From contig CAVVLJ010000020.1 of NCBI GenBank assembly GCA_963749075.1, positions 704,001-768,000 of the forward strand: a DNA stretch of 64,000 nucleotides. Direction: 5' to 3'. Positions 10,887 to 21,285 of this stretch are shown here, in pieces. Position 1 is the stretch's first letter. Every line of letters starts with the position of its first letter. This stretch comes from an uncultured Pseudomonadota bacterium (lineage in GTDB: Bacteria; Pseudomonadota; Alphaproteobacteria; JACZXZ01). The notes under the pieces are model-generated. The model was not told where the DNA came from, searched no databases, and saw nothing but the letters and a program-made list of their open reading frames with translations. The translations under genes and the position numbers were made by a program.

Positions 10887-12173
10887 CTAACTCCCCATGA
10901 CCGCGGCCGCGGCGAGGTGGCCCGAGCGCACGGCGCTCTCGATGGTGGCGGGGAGGCCGGTGTCGGTCCAGTCCCCGGCGAGGAGGAGGTTCGCGATGTG
11001 GGTGCGCGTGCGCGCCCGCTTGGGCAGCGCCGAGGGCACCTGGGCGAAGGTGGCGCGCTTCTCTTTCACGATGCGCGCGGGCGGCTGCGGCTCGCGCGCG
11101 AGGTCGAGCGCCTTGGCCACGTCGGCCCAGAGGCGCTCGGCAAGTACTTCGTTCGCCTCCTCGGCGAGCGCGTCGGCAGCGCTCACCGTGACCGAGACGA
11201 TGGGCCCGCGGCGGAAGAGCCAGTGTGCCGTGCCGCCGATGAGGCCGAGGAAGGGCAGGTTCTCCGGGAAGTCGGGTACTGTGGCGAGGCGGAAATGCGC
11301 GTTCACGATGGCGCGGCTCTCGAGCGGCACCGCGGCACCCGGCAGGAGCTCGGCCACGCGCGCGGGCGGCAGCGCCAGGATGACGAGGTGCCCGGGCTCG
11401 AGCGGGAGCTTCCCTTGGGCGAAATCGAGGGCGGCGATGCGCCCCTCCGCGATCTCGAGCGCCTTGAGCCGGCGGTTGAAGCCGGGTGCCACGCCGCGCT
11501 CGGCGAGGAAGGCAAGTGCTGGATCGACGAAGCTCGCCGAGAGGCCGTCCTTGGCGATGCAGGGCCGGCAGGCATCGCCGCCGCGCCCGAAGGTCTCGAC
11601 CACCACGGGCCACAGGAGGCGCGCCGCCCCCTCGTCCGCCGCCGTATTGAGGACGGCTGTCGCGAGCGGCTCCCAGAAGCGCTTATAGAGCACCCGGTGC
11701 CTGGCGAGGCATTGGGCGACCGTGGCATTGGGCTCGGCCACCGCCAGGCGCAGCGCCGCGAGATAATCGAGGAGCGAGGTATCCGGCACGCGGCGCGCGG
11801 GGTCGCAGATCCACCAGGGCAGGCGGCCGCGGTTGGGCCGCACGGTCCAGTGCTTCCCGCTCGCGAGGTCGACGAAGGGGAAGGCCGGCTCGGGCGCCGA
11901 ATAGAGCGTGTCCGCGGCGCCGATCTCGGCGAGATAGGCGAGCGCCGAGCGGTTGCCCGAGAGCAGCAGGTGATTGCCGTTGTCGATGACGGTGCCAAGC
12001 GTCTCGTCGAAGAAGGAGCGGCAGCGGCCGCCCGCCTGCCCGGCCGCCTCGTGGAGGCGGACCTCGACGTTGCCCGTGGCGGCGAGGCGCACCGCGGCGG
12101 CGAGGCCGGAGAGCCCGGCACCGACGATATGGGCGACCGACCAGCCCCGCCGCGCGCGCCTAGAGGACGCCAT
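10887..12173 (-). CDS. hpnE: hydroxysqualene dehydroxylase
   Basis: IVGAGLSGLAAA, GGRCRSF, IDNGNHLLLSGN, LAGDWTDTGLPATIESAVRSG; follows hpnD. Confidence 0.92.
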   Translation of the reverse strand: MASSRRARRGWSVAHIVGAGLSGLAAAVRLAATGNVEVRLHEAAGQAGGRCRSFFDETLGTVIDNGNHLLLSGNRSALAYLAEIGAADTLYSAPEPAFPFVDLASGKHWTVRPNRGRLPWWICDPARRVPDTSLLDYLAALRLAVAEPNATVAQCLARHRVLYKRFWEPLATAVLNTAADEGAARLLWPVVVETFGRGGDACRPCIAKDGLSASFVDPALAFLAERGVAPGFNRRLKALEIAEGRIAALDFAQGKLPLEPGHLVILALPPARVAELLPGAAVPLESRAIVNAHFRLATVPDFPENLPFLGLIGGTAHWLFRRGPIVSVTVSAADALAEEANEVLAERLWADVAKALDLAREPQPPARIVKEKRATFAQVPSALPKRARTRTHIANLLLAGDWTDTGLPATIESAVRSGHLAAAAVMGS

Positions 12174-13029
12174 GGCGCAGTGCCAGCCAGAGCTTTGCGA
12201 GCTTGGAGGGGCCGACCGGGCGCTCGAGCTCCTGCCAGCCGCGCGCCACCAGCGCATCCAAGGTGCGGCGATAGACCTCCATCATGATGACGGCCGGCCG
12301 CATCTTGCGGCGGTCGAGCCGCGCGAGCCATGACCGCGCCTCGTCGTAGCTCGCACGCGCGATGGCGGCGAGCTCGTCGCAAACCGCGCCCAAGGCGGGG
12401 TGGGCGAGCACGGCCTCCGGCTCGCTGGCCGCGATGCCGTGGCGCTCGAGGAGCTCGCGCGGCAGGTAGAGCCGGCCGCGCTCCGCGTCCTCTCTGAGGT
12501 CGCGCAGGATGTTGGTGAGCTGCAGCGCCTTGCCCTCGGCGAGTGCGAGCTTGCGCGCGCTCTCGCTGCGGTCGCCGAAGGCGCGCACCGAGAGGAGGCC
12601 GACCGCACCCGCCACGCGCGCGCAATAGAGCTCGAGCTCGGCGAGCGAAGGTGCCCGCATGTCGCCGAGCGCATCCATCTCCATGCCGTCGATGACCGCA
12701 AGAAAGTCGTCGCGCAAGAGTCCGTAGTCCGCGACCGGCCGCAGAAGCGCCCGCGTGGTCGGCCGTGTGGGAGCGCCGGCATAGAGCCGCCCGATCTCGC
12801 GCCGCCACTCGGCGAGCGCCTGGCGCTTCTCCTCGGCTGCACCGCCCTCGTCCGCGATGTCGTCGACCTCGCGGCAGAAGGCGTAGATGGCGAACATGGC
12901 GTCGCGCCGGGCGGGCTCGAGGAGCCGCATGGCCCAGAAGAACGAGGTGCCGGAACGCAGGGTGACCTGCCGCACATGGGCGCGTGCCGCCTCCTCTGAG
13001 GCGGCGGCCGGGGAGACGGTCTCTGCCAC
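12160..13029 (-). CDS. hpnD: presqualene diphosphate synthase
   Basis: SGTSFFWAM, YAFCREVDDIAD, LQLTNILRDLRED. Confidence 0.92.
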   Translation of the reverse strand: MAETVSPAAASEEAARAHVRQVTLRSGTSFFWAMRLLEPARRDAMFAIYAFCREVDDIADEGGAAEEKRQALAEWRREIGRLYAGAPTRPTTRALLRPVADYGLLRDDFLAVIDGMEMDALGDMRAPSLAELELYCARVAGAVGLLSVRAFGDRSESARKLALAEGKALQLTNILRDLREDAERGRLYLPRELLERHGIAASEPEAVLAHPALGAVCDELAAIARASYDEARSWLARLDRRKMRPAVIMMEVYRRTLDALVARGWQELERPVGPSKLAKLWLALRHGVL

Positions 13030-13042
13030 GGGAGGAGCTGCC

Positions 13043-14225
13043 TCAGCCGGAGGGGCGCGGCTCGCCCGCGTAGGTGCGGCCCTTCCAAGCGCCGCCGCGG
13101 CCGCGCCAGTGGAGGAGTGCCGAATCGATTGTCATCGCCATGTAGAACGCCGCGGCGAGAGGCAGCAGCAGCGAGCGCCACGCCGGCTCGCCGTAGAGCG
13201 CCAGGGTCGGGCGGTACATATAGGCCATGAGCGCCCAGGCGAGCATGGCGATCACGGCGAGCGGGACGTCCCACAGCAGCAGCCCCGCCACCAGGAAGAT
13301 CGGCGGCACCAGATACATGAGCGACATGAGGACGACGGTGCCGAGCAGCAGGACGCGGGAGTATCTCAGCTGGGTGAAGGCCGAGCGCGCCACCATGTGC
13401 CAGAACGTCCGCGAGCGTCTCATAGGGCCGGATGCTGTGCACCCGGTCGGTGAGGCCGAGCCAGATGGCGCCCCCCTGGTCCTTGACGAGGCGCGCCAGC
13501 GCCAGATCGTCGATCAGAGCGCCGCGGATGGCGGCGATGCCGCCCGCGCGCTCGAGGGCTGCTTTGCGCACCAGCATGCAGCCGCCGGCGGCGGCGGCGA
13601 CGCGGCTCCGGCGCCGGTTGACCTCGCGGAAGGGGTAGAGCATCTGGAAGAAGAAGACGAAGGCGGGGATGAGCAGGCGCTCCCAGAAGCTCAGCGAGCG
13701 CAGCAGCACCATGAGGGAGACGAGGTCGAGGCGCTCCGTCTCCGCCTTGGCGACGAGGCGGCGCAGGTTGAGCGCGTCGTGGCTGATGTCGGCGTCGGTG
13801 AGGAGGAGATAGGACGCCTCGCCGAGCTCGCCGGCGAAGCGCGCCCCTTGTGCCATGGCCCAGGTCTTGCCGGTCCAGCCCGGGGGCAGCGGGGCGCCCT
13901 CGATGACCGTGAGCCGCTCCGCGGCCCCGGCCGCTGCCGCCGCCGCGCGCGCCGCCGCCGCCGTGCCGTCCTCGCTGCGGTCATCGACGAGCACGAGCGA
14001 CAATTTGCCCGGATAGTCCTGGGCGAGGAGCGAGGCGACCGCGCGGCCGATGAATTCGGCCTCGTTGCGCGCCGGGACGACGGCCACGACCTGCGGCCAC
14101 GCGGCGAGCGGCGGCACCTCCTCGGGCAGGCGGTGGGAGGCCCGCCAGAAGCCGTGCCGCAGGAAAAACTTGCCGAGGCCCGAGAGCAGGGCCAGCGACG
14201 TGACGCCGGTCAGGGTCAAGATCAT
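13043..14225 (-). CDS. hpnB: hopanoid-associated glycosyltransferase (GT2), +1 frameshift at ~13404
   Basis: VPARNEA, VDDRSEDGT, GWTGK, LLTDADI, LIDDLALA. The frame continues as WHMVARSAFTQLRYS if one A at 13404-13405 is removed. Confidence 0.85.
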
Positions 14226-14292
14226 GACGCGTGGATAGCCCATGGGCGGAAGCAAAGCCAGCCATTTCCCGGCCGTCCGCTGCGGGTTCCGC

Positions 14293-15165
14293 TCACCGGC
14301 GCCGGCCTTGGAGGAGGGTGCGCACGACGCCCGAAGCGGCGACCAGGAGGAAGGCTGGCTTGGCGAGCTCGACCCGGCGGGCGAGCGGGTCGTGCCGGCG
14401 CAAAAGGACGCCGAGCCGCTCCGCGAGTGCCAAGATGGCGCCGGATTCGCAGGCAAGGCGCCGGTCGGAGAGGAGGCCGGGCAGCTTCTGCGCCTCCGCC
14501 ATGAGTGCTGCTACCCCGTCGAGGCAGCGGTCGAGCACGCGCCGCATGCCGGGGCTCGCCCGCGGCACCGCGAGGGCCTCGACGCGCTCGCCCTCGGCCG
14601 CGAGCCACTCGAGCGGGAGATAGACGCGGTCGAGGTTGCGGTAGTCGTCGCGGCAGTCCTGCAGATGGTTGATGACCTGAAGCGCGTTGCAGAGGGCGTC
14701 CGAGGCCGGGTAGCCCGCCTTGCTCTCGCCGTGGAGGTCGAGGAGGTAGCGGCCGACCGGTGCCGCCGAGAGCATGCAGTAGCGCACGATGAGCTCGTCC
14801 CAGCTCTGGTAGCGCAAGACCGTGGCGTCGCGCTTGAAGGCGGCGATGAGGTCTGTGCAGTGCTGCGCAGTCACGCCGGTCTCGGCCAGGCTCTCGCGCA
14901 GGCGGTGGGCCTTGAGATAGGCGGGATCGGCACGCTCGCGCCCGAGGATGGCCGCCTCGAAGCCCTCGAGGCGCCTCGCCTTCTCCTCGGGCGCCAAGGC
15001 CGGATTGTCTGCGATGTCGTCGATGGCGCGGGCGAAGCCGTAGAAGAGCGCCACATGGGGCCGCAAGCGGGCGGGAAGGAGGAGGGAGCCCACGGGAAAA
15101 TTTTCGTCCCCGGCACCCTTGCCCGACGGCGTCTCGACCGCCTCTGCGCCGATGGCACCTGCCAT
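14293..15165 (-). CDS. hpnC: hydroxysqualene synthase
   Basis: DENFPVGS, YGFARAIDDIAD, SAAPVGR, LQVINHLQD. Confidence 0.92.
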   Translation of the reverse strand: MAGAIGAEAVETPSGKGAGDENFPVGSLLLPARLRPHVALFYGFARAIDDIADNPALAPEEKARRLEGFEAAILGRERADPAYLKAHRLRESLAETGVTAQHCTDLIAAFKRDATVLRYQSWDELIVRYCMLSAAPVGRYLLDLHGESKAGYPASDALCNALQVINHLQDCRDDYRNLDRVYLPLEWLAAEGERVEALAVPRASPGMRRVLDRCLDGVAALMAEAQKLPGLLSDRRLACESGAILALAERLGVLLRRHDPLARRVELAKPAFLLVAASGVVRTLLQGRRR

Positions 15166-15338
15166 GCCCGTCTCCGCGTTCCCTCGCGAAAGCCCGCCAG
15201 TATCCATCGGTAGCACATTTCGCGCGGGGCATGTGAGACGTGCCGCACCCCGGTTGTGCGCCCTCTCCCGGGCGGGCGTGGACAGCGCCGCCGGCCGCCG
15301 CTACAAAAGGCCGGGCTTGGCGGGGGAGGGGTGCTCAG

Positions 15339-16316
15339 ATGACGGTTCTCGTCACGGGTGCTGCGGGGTTCATCGGCTACCACGTGAGCGAGGCGCTCCT
15401 CGCGGAGGGCGAGCGCGTCATCGGCGTCGACGAGGTGAACGACTATTACGACGTGCGGCTCAAGGAGGCCCGTCTCGCGCGCCTCCAGGCCAGGCCGGGC
15501 TTCGCCTTCGAGCGCCGCGACATAGCAGGGGCGGGCGCCCTCTCCGAGCTCGCCGAGCGGCATCCCGGCATCACGCGCGTCGTGCACCTCGCGGCCCAGG
15601 CGGGGGTGCGCTACTCGCTCATCGATCCCGGCGCCTATATCCACGCCAACGTGGCGGGGCACCAGGCCGTGCTCGAGCTCTGCCGCGGGCTCGAGGGTTT
15701 CGAGCATCTCGTCTACGCGAGCTCGTCCTCGGTCTACGGCGGCAGCCGCAAGCTGCCCTTCGCGATCGAGGACCGCATCGACCGCCCGGTCTCCCTCTAT
15801 GCCGCGACCAAGGGTGCGGACGAGCTCATCAGCTATGCCTACTGCCATCTCTTCGGCATTCCGGCGACCGGCTTGCGCTTCTTCACGGTCTACGGCCCGT
15901 GGGGACGGCCGGACATGGCGATGTACATCTTCACCAAGGCGATCCTCGAGGGGCAGCCCTTGCGCCTCTTCAATCAAGGCGACATGCGGCGCGACTTCAC
16001 CTATATCGACGACGTGGTCGCTGGCGTGCTCGCCTCCCTCGACCGCGCGCCGCCACGGGGCCAGGACGCTCCCCACCGGCTCTACAACATCGGCAACCAC
16101 CGCGCCGAGGAGCTCCGCCATCTCGTGGCCCTCATCGAGCGGGCAACGAACCGAAAGGCCATCGTCGAGCTCGCCCCCATGCAGCCCGGCGACGTGGTCG
16201 AGACCTTCGCCGACATCACGGCGAGCGAGCGCGAGCTCGGCTTCGCCCCGCGCGTCGGCCTCGAGGAGGGCGTGCAGCTCTTCGTCGCCTGGTACCGCGA
16301 GTATCACGGGATGTGA
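15339..16316 (+). CDS. NAD-dependent epimerase (UDP-glucuronate 4-epimerase-like)
   Basis: TGAAGFIG, HLAAQAGVRYS, YAATK, FFTVYGPWGRPDMA. Confidence 0.9.
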   Translation: MTVLVTGAAGFIGYHVSEALLAEGERVIGVDEVNDYYDVRLKEARLARLQARPGFAFERRDIAGAGALSELAERHPGITRVVHLAAQAGVRYSLIDPGAYIHANVAGHQAVLELCRGLEGFEHLVYASSSSVYGGSRKLPFAIEDRIDRPVSLYAATKGADELISYAYCHLFGIPATGLRFFTVYGPWGRPDMAMYIFTKAILEGQPLRLFNQGDMRRDFTYIDDVVAGVLASLDRAPPRGQDAPHRLYNIGNHRAEELRHLVALIERATNRKAIVELAPMQPGDVVETFADITASERELGFAPRVGLEEGVQLFVAWYREYHGM

Positions 16317-16357
16317 GGGGCGGTGGGGTTCTCGAGGGGGAGCTCTCGCTTAATCCC

Positions 16358-16391
16358 TTGACGCCGCCGGAATAATGCATAGGCTATGCAT
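16358..16391 (+). promoter_or_regulatory. sigma70-like promoter overlapped by a palindromic operator
   Basis: TTGACG(16358)-N16-TAGGCT. The perfect dyad ATGCATAG-G-CTATGCAT (16375-16391) abuts the ATG at 16392. Confidence 0.6.
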
Positions 16392-16943
16392 ATGTTGGCT
16401 GCGAACAAACTGGGCGCCCTCGGCGTGCTCGTCTCCGATGCCATGGAAGATGCGCTCGATGGGATGTCGCCGAGCGCTGCGGCACTGCTGCTCACGCTGC
16501 ACTACCGTCCCAGCATGACGATGACCCGGTTGGCGGAGGTCGCCGGCATCGCCCAGCCCACCGCCGTGCGGGTGCTCGACGGTCTTGCCCGCCGCGGGTG
16601 GCTGGAACGCAAGCCGCGCATCGGACGGACGACGCCGCTCGGCCTCACTCGCGCGGGGAAGGAGCGGGCGCGATCTCTGCAAGCGGCGCGTCTCCTTGCC
16701 ATGGACCGCATTCTGGCAGCCTTGCCCCGGCAAGAGCGGAGCGCGTTCGAGCGCTCGCTCGATGCGATGCTGGCCGCCGCGACCACCTCGCGGGCCTTTG
16801 CCCGTACGACGTGCCGGTTGTGCGATCACGCGGCGTGCGACGGGCCGAGCTGTCCCATCGGCACTCGCGCGACCGACCTTGAACGAGCGCCCGCGGACCC
16901 TGAGCGGAGAAAAACGAACCATGCTGATCGCCCACGCAGGTAA
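16392..16943 (+). CDS. MarR family regulator with Cys-rich C-terminal tail
   Basis: wHTH LAEVAGIAQPTAVRVLDGLARRGWLER...LTRAG; C-terminal CRLCDHAACDGPSCP. Alternative start 16386. Confidence 0.8.
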   Translation: MLAANKLGALGVLVSDAMEDALDGMSPSAAALLLTLHYRPSMTMTRLAEVAGIAQPTAVRVLDGLARRGWLERKPRIGRTTPLGLTRAGKERARSLQAARLLAMDRILAALPRQERSAFERSLDAMLAAATTSRAFARTTCRLCDHAACDGPSCPIGTRATDLERAPADPERRKTNHADRPRR

Positions 16944-17526
16944 GCATCCGCAGATAGACCCGTCTGCCTGGGTCGCACCCGACGCTACGCTATGCGGCGA
17001 TGTCGCGATCGGCCCCGGCGCCCGCATCATGCACGGGGCGCGCCTCATCGGCGAGGCGGGCGGCGCCATCCGGATCGGACGCGACTGCATCGTGATGGAA
17101 AACGCCGTGGTGCGCGCGAGCCGCCGCCACGGCTGCACGGTCGGCGACAACTGTCTGATCGGCCCCAATGCCCATGTCGCAGGCGCCGTGCTGGAGGATC
17201 AGGTATTCGTCGCGACGGGAGCCGCAATCTTTCACGGCGCTTATCTTGGCGAGCGGGCGGAAGTGCGCCCGCATGCCACCGTACATCTGCGCACCCGGTT
17301 GGCGCCGGGTACCACCGTGCCGATCGGCTGGGTCGCCGTCGGCGACCCGGCGAGCATCCTGCCGCCCGGCAAGCATGACGAGATATGGGCGGTGCAGGCG
17401 CCGCTCAACTTTCCGGAGTGGGTCTATGGTTTCGATCGCGGCACGCCGGACCTGATGGTCCAGGTGACGCGCCGCCTCTCCGCCGTGCTCGGCGCGCATG
17501 CGGACGACCGTATGCTCGAGACGTGA
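16921..17526 (+). CDS. gamma-carbonic-anhydrase-like left-handed beta-helix protein
   Basis: PQIDPSAWVAPDATLCGDVAIG hexapeptide repeats; VAVGDPA. Confidence 0.8.
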   Translation: MLIAHAGKHPQIDPSAWVAPDATLCGDVAIGPGARIMHGARLIGEAGGAIRIGRDCIVMENAVVRASRRHGCTVGDNCLIGPNAHVAGAVLEDQVFVATGAAIFHGAYLGERAEVRPHATVHLRTRLAPGTTVPIGWVAVGDPASILPPGKHDEIWAVQAPLNFPEWVYGFDRGTPDLMVQVTRRLSAVLGAHADDRMLET

Positions 17527-17633
17527 CGCGGCGCCGAGCGGAACCAGCCGAGCGCATTCGCGAAGCGAGATAGGCGAACGTTCGAAGCGGCCGGAAGTAC
17601 CCTGGGAAGACGGCCTTGCGGCGCGCGCGGGCG

Positions 17634-19056
17634 TCAGCGCCCGTAGGCGTCCTCGAGCCGCTCGATGTCGTCCTCGCCGAAATAGCTCCCGGTCTGCACC
17701 TCGATGATGTCGAGCGGGCCCTCGCCGGGGTTCTCGAGGCGGTGCACCGAGCCGAGCGGCACGTAGGTCGAACTCGTTCTCCTTGAGCGCGAAGACCTTG
17801 TCGCCGATGGTGACGCGCGCCTCTCCGCGCACCACGGTCCAGTGCTCGGCGCGCTTGGCGTGGCGCTGCAGCGAGAGCTTGGCGCCCGGCTTCACGGTGA
17901 TGCGCTTCACCTGGTGGGAGGGCCCGGCGTCGATCTGCTGATAGCTGCCCCACGGCCGGTGCACCTTGCGATGCACGATCGCCTCGGAGCGCCCGTCGCG
18001 CTCGAGCCGCTCGACGATCTCCTTGACCTCCTGGGCGCGCGCGCGGGGTGCGAGGAGGAGCGCATCCTCCGTCGCCACCACGACGAGGCCCTCGATGCCG
18101 ATGGCGGCGACGAGGCGGCCGTCGGCGCGGATGTAGCTGTCGCTCACGTCGCGCGCGAGCACGTCCCCCACCAGCACGTTGCCGGCCGCATCCTGGCTGC
18201 CGATCGACCACAGGGACGACCAGGAGCCCACGTCGCTCCAGCCGATCTGGGCGGGCACCACGGCCGCGGCTGCGGTGCGCTCCATCACCGCATAGTCGAT
18301 CGAGGTGGCGGGAATCCGCGCGAAGGCGTCGGCGCCGAGGCGGAGGAAGCCGAGGTCCTTGCTGCTGGCAGCCAGGGCCGCGCGGCAGCCGGCGAGGATC
18401 GGCGGCGCCAGGCGCTCGAGCTCCGCGAGATAGCTCCGGACGCGGAAGAGGAACATGCCGCTGTTCCAGTAATAGCCCCCCTCGGCGAGGAAGCCTTCGG
18501 CGGTCGAGCGGTCGGGCTTTTCCGTGAAGCGCGCGATGCGGAAAGCGCCGGGCGCTCCGCCAAGGGCCTCGCCGGCGCGGATGTAGCCGTAGCCGGTCTC
18601 GGGCTCCGTGGGCGTCATGCCGAAGGTGACGATGGCACCCGCCTCCGCCGCCCGCGCCGCCGTCTCGAGCGCGGCGAGGAACGCCGCCTGGTCCGCGATG
18701 ACGTGATCGGAGGGCAGCACCAGCATGAGCGCGTCCGCGTCCTCCTCGGCCAGCATGAGTGCGGCCACCGTCACCGCGGGTGCCGTGTTGCGCCCGAGCG
18801 GCTCGAGCACGATGGCGCGCGGCTCGACCGCGATCTCGCGCAGCTGCTCGGCGATGGCGAAGCGGTACTCCTCGTTGCACACCAGGATGGGGGGGGCAAA
18901 ATGCGCCCGCTCGGCCACGCGCTTCACGGTCTCCTGCAGCAGGCTCAGCCGCGAGGCGAGCGGCAAGAGGTGCTTGGGATAGGCCTTGCGCGAGAGCGGC
19001 CAAAGCCGGGTGCCCGAGCCGCCCGAGAGGATGACCGGCTGGATTTTTCCGCCCAT
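17634..19056 (-). CDS. manC: mannose-1-phosphate guanylyltransferase/mannose-6-phosphate isomerase, +1 frameshift at ~17771
   Basis: [29 protein letters not shown], cupin HRPWG. Removing one A at 17771-17772 restores [17 protein letters not shown]...[24 protein letters not shown]. Confidence 0.9.
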
Positions 19057-19271
19057 TCGTGCCCGTCTCACATGATTGGCGCGGCCCCTTATACACCAGC
19101 CGCGGCCCGGCTCCTACACGGCCGATTTCGGCGCTGTCCCTCGTCTTCGATTGACAATTGCCAGTGCGGGGGCTAGGAGCCTGTCTCCGGAACGGCAACG
19201 GATCCGGCTTTCCGCGGCGGCGCCCGCCGCGTGCAACCGGCAGAGCGCCCCTCCATTTCCCGCAAAACGGC

Positions 19272-20558
19272 ATGCCGAGCTCCCCACGCATTGCGATCGT
19301 CGGCTTAGGCTACGTCGGCCTGCCGCTTGCCGTGGCGCTCGCCCGCCACTTCGAGGTGGTCGGCTTCGACGTGGACGAGACGCGCATCGGGGAGCTGCGC
19401 GGCAGCCACGACCGCACCGGCGAGATCGGCGAAGCGGTGCTGCGCGCAAGCCGGCTCGAGATCGTCAACGAGCTCGAGGCGATCCGCGGCTGCCAGGTCT
19501 TCATCATCACCGTGCCGACCCCGGTCACCGAGGACAATCTGCCCGATCTCGAGGCCGTGCGCGCGGCCTGCCGCATGATCGGCCGCGTCATCGCCAAAGG
19601 CGCGCTCGTGGTGCTCGAGAGCACGGTCTATCCCGGCGTCACCGAGGAAATCTGCCGGCCCGAGATCGCCAGCGCCTCGGGGCTCAAAGGCGGCGTCGAC
19701 TTCCACGTCGGCTATTCGCCCGAGCGCATCAATCCGGGCGACCGCCAGCACGCGGTCGACCGCATCGTGAAGGTGGTGGCCGGCGAGACCCCGGAGGTGG
19801 CGGCGCGCCTCGCGGCGATCTACGGCGCCATCAACGGCGGCCAGATCCACCTCGCCAAGAGCATCAAGACCGCCGAGGCGGCCAAGGTCATCGAGAACGC
19901 CCAGCGCGACATCAACATCGCCTTCATCAACGAAGTGACGATGATCTTCAACAAGATGGGCCTCTCCATCCACGACGTGCTGGCGACCTCCTCGACCAAG
20001 TGGAATTTTCTCCGCTTCATGCCCGGGCTGGTGGGCGGCCACTGCATCGGGGTCGATCCCTTTTTTCTAGCGCACCTCGCGCACAGCCTCGGGCACGACC
20101 CGGAGATCATCCTCGCCGGCCGGCGCATCAACGACCGCATGGGCGCCTACGTCGCGAGCGAGATCGCGACGGCGCTCGGGCGGCGCTGCCAAAGGCCAGA
20201 GGGTGCCCGCATCCTGGTGCTCGGCCTCACCTTCAAGGAGAACATCCCCGATCTGCGCAACAGCAAGGTGGAAGATCTCATCCGCGGCCTGCGCGCGCGC
20301 GGCCATGAGGTCGCAGTCCACGACCCCTTCGCCGATCCCGGCGAGGCCAAGCTGCTCTACGGCGTCGAGCTGCTCGAGAGCCTCGCCGGCCTCGAGGGCT
20401 ACGACTGCGTGGTGGGGGCCGTGGCGCACGACGAGTACCGCGCGCTCAAGCCGAGCGACTTCGCCCGCCTGGTCAAAAAGGACGGCCTCGTGGCGGACGT
20501 GAAGGGCATCTGGCGCGACACCGAGCTGCCGCCGGATACCGGACGCTGGGAGCTCTAG
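19272..20558 (+). CDS. nucleotide-sugar dehydrogenase (WbpO/TviB-like UDP-HexNAc 6-dehydrogenase)
   Basis: GLGYVGLP, ESTVYPG, SPERINPGD, GLVGGHCIGVDP with the catalytic Cys intact. Confidence 0.9.
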   Translation: MPSSPRIAIVGLGYVGLPLAVALARHFEVVGFDVDETRIGELRGSHDRTGEIGEAVLRASRLEIVNELEAIRGCQVFIITVPTPVTEDNLPDLEAVRAACRMIGRVIAKGALVVLESTVYPGVTEEICRPEIASASGLKGGVDFHVGYSPERINPGDRQHAVDRIVKVVAGETPEVAARLAAIYGAINGGQIHLAKSIKTAEAAKVIENAQRDINIAFINEVTMIFNKMGLSIHDVLATSSTKWNFLRFMPGLVGGHCIGVDPFFLAHLAHSLGHDPEIILAGRRINDRMGAYVASEIATALGRRCQRPEGARILVLGLTFKENIPDLRNSKVEDLIRGLRARGHEVAVHDPFADPGEAKLLYGVELLESLAGLEGYDCVVGAVAHDEYRALKPSDFARLVKKDGLVADVKGIWRDTELPPDTGRWEL

Positions 20559-20619
20559 ATGCGGCGCCGCCGCCGGCATCGGCTGCGGGGGATGCCATGA
20601 CGCATGCGCCGAGAGCGCG

Positions 20620-21195
20620 ATGATGCGCGCCGTCTTCCTCGACCGCGACGGCGTGCTGAGCGAGGAGATCTACTACCAGCGCACCGGGCGCTGGGAGGCG
20701 CCGCTCGGGCCCGAGGATCTGGCGCTCCGACCCGGCGTGCCGGCAGCGCTCTGGCGCCTCGCGACGCTCGGCTACGAGCTCTTCCTCGTCTCGAACCAGG
20801 GCGCTTACGCGCGGGGCAACGCCACGCTCGAGGCGCTGTGGGCGGTGCATGACAAGCTGGTGGGATTGCTCGCCGCCGAGGGCATCCGCTTCAAGGACTG
20901 CTACTACGCTTTCGGGCACCCGGAGGGCGTGGTGCCGTATTTCTCGGGAGCCAGCCTCGCGCGCAAGCCGGGACCCTATTTCCTCCTCGTCGCCGCGGCG
21001 CGCTACGGCATCGACATGCCGCACTCGTGGATGGTGGGCGATCAGGACACGGACATGGCCTGCGGCAGTGCTGCAGGCGTGCGCACGGTCCTCGTCGCCA
21101 ATCCTCATGCCGGCGACCGGGCCGCCGCCTCGCGCCCGGACTTCCGCGCCGGCGATCTCGGCGAGGCCGCGGCGATCATCGGACGCCACGGCTAG
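20620..21195 (+). CDS. HAD-IIIA sugar bisphosphate phosphatase (GmhB-like)
   Basis: FLDRDGVL, VSNQ, RKP, MVGD. Confidence 0.8.
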   Translation: MMRAVFLDRDGVLSEEIYYQRTGRWEAPLGPEDLALRPGVPAALWRLATLGYELFLVSNQGAYARGNATLEALWAVHDKLVGLLAAEGIRFKDCYYAFGHPEGVVPYFSGASLARKPGPYFLLVAAARYGIDMPHSWMVGDQDTDMACGSAAGVRTVLVANPHAGDRAAASRPDFRAGDLGEAAAIIGRHG

Positions 21196-21285
21196 GCGTT
21201 GCCGGCCGTTCCTTGTTCCAGCTTTGTTTTTGCGCTAGAAGGCGCGATACTAAGGGGCACCGCGCAACTGCAGGGGATCATTGCC

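Noticed and set aside
15339-16316. hpnA
   Set aside because: Although next to hpnC, it is divergent and its motifs (AQAGVRYS, YGPWGRPDMA) match UDP-uronate 4-epimerases.
13043-19056. hpnB and manC as pseudogenes
   Set aside because: Each has a single lesion of the shared TC->TTC type and otherwise intact motifs, so sequencing error is more likely.
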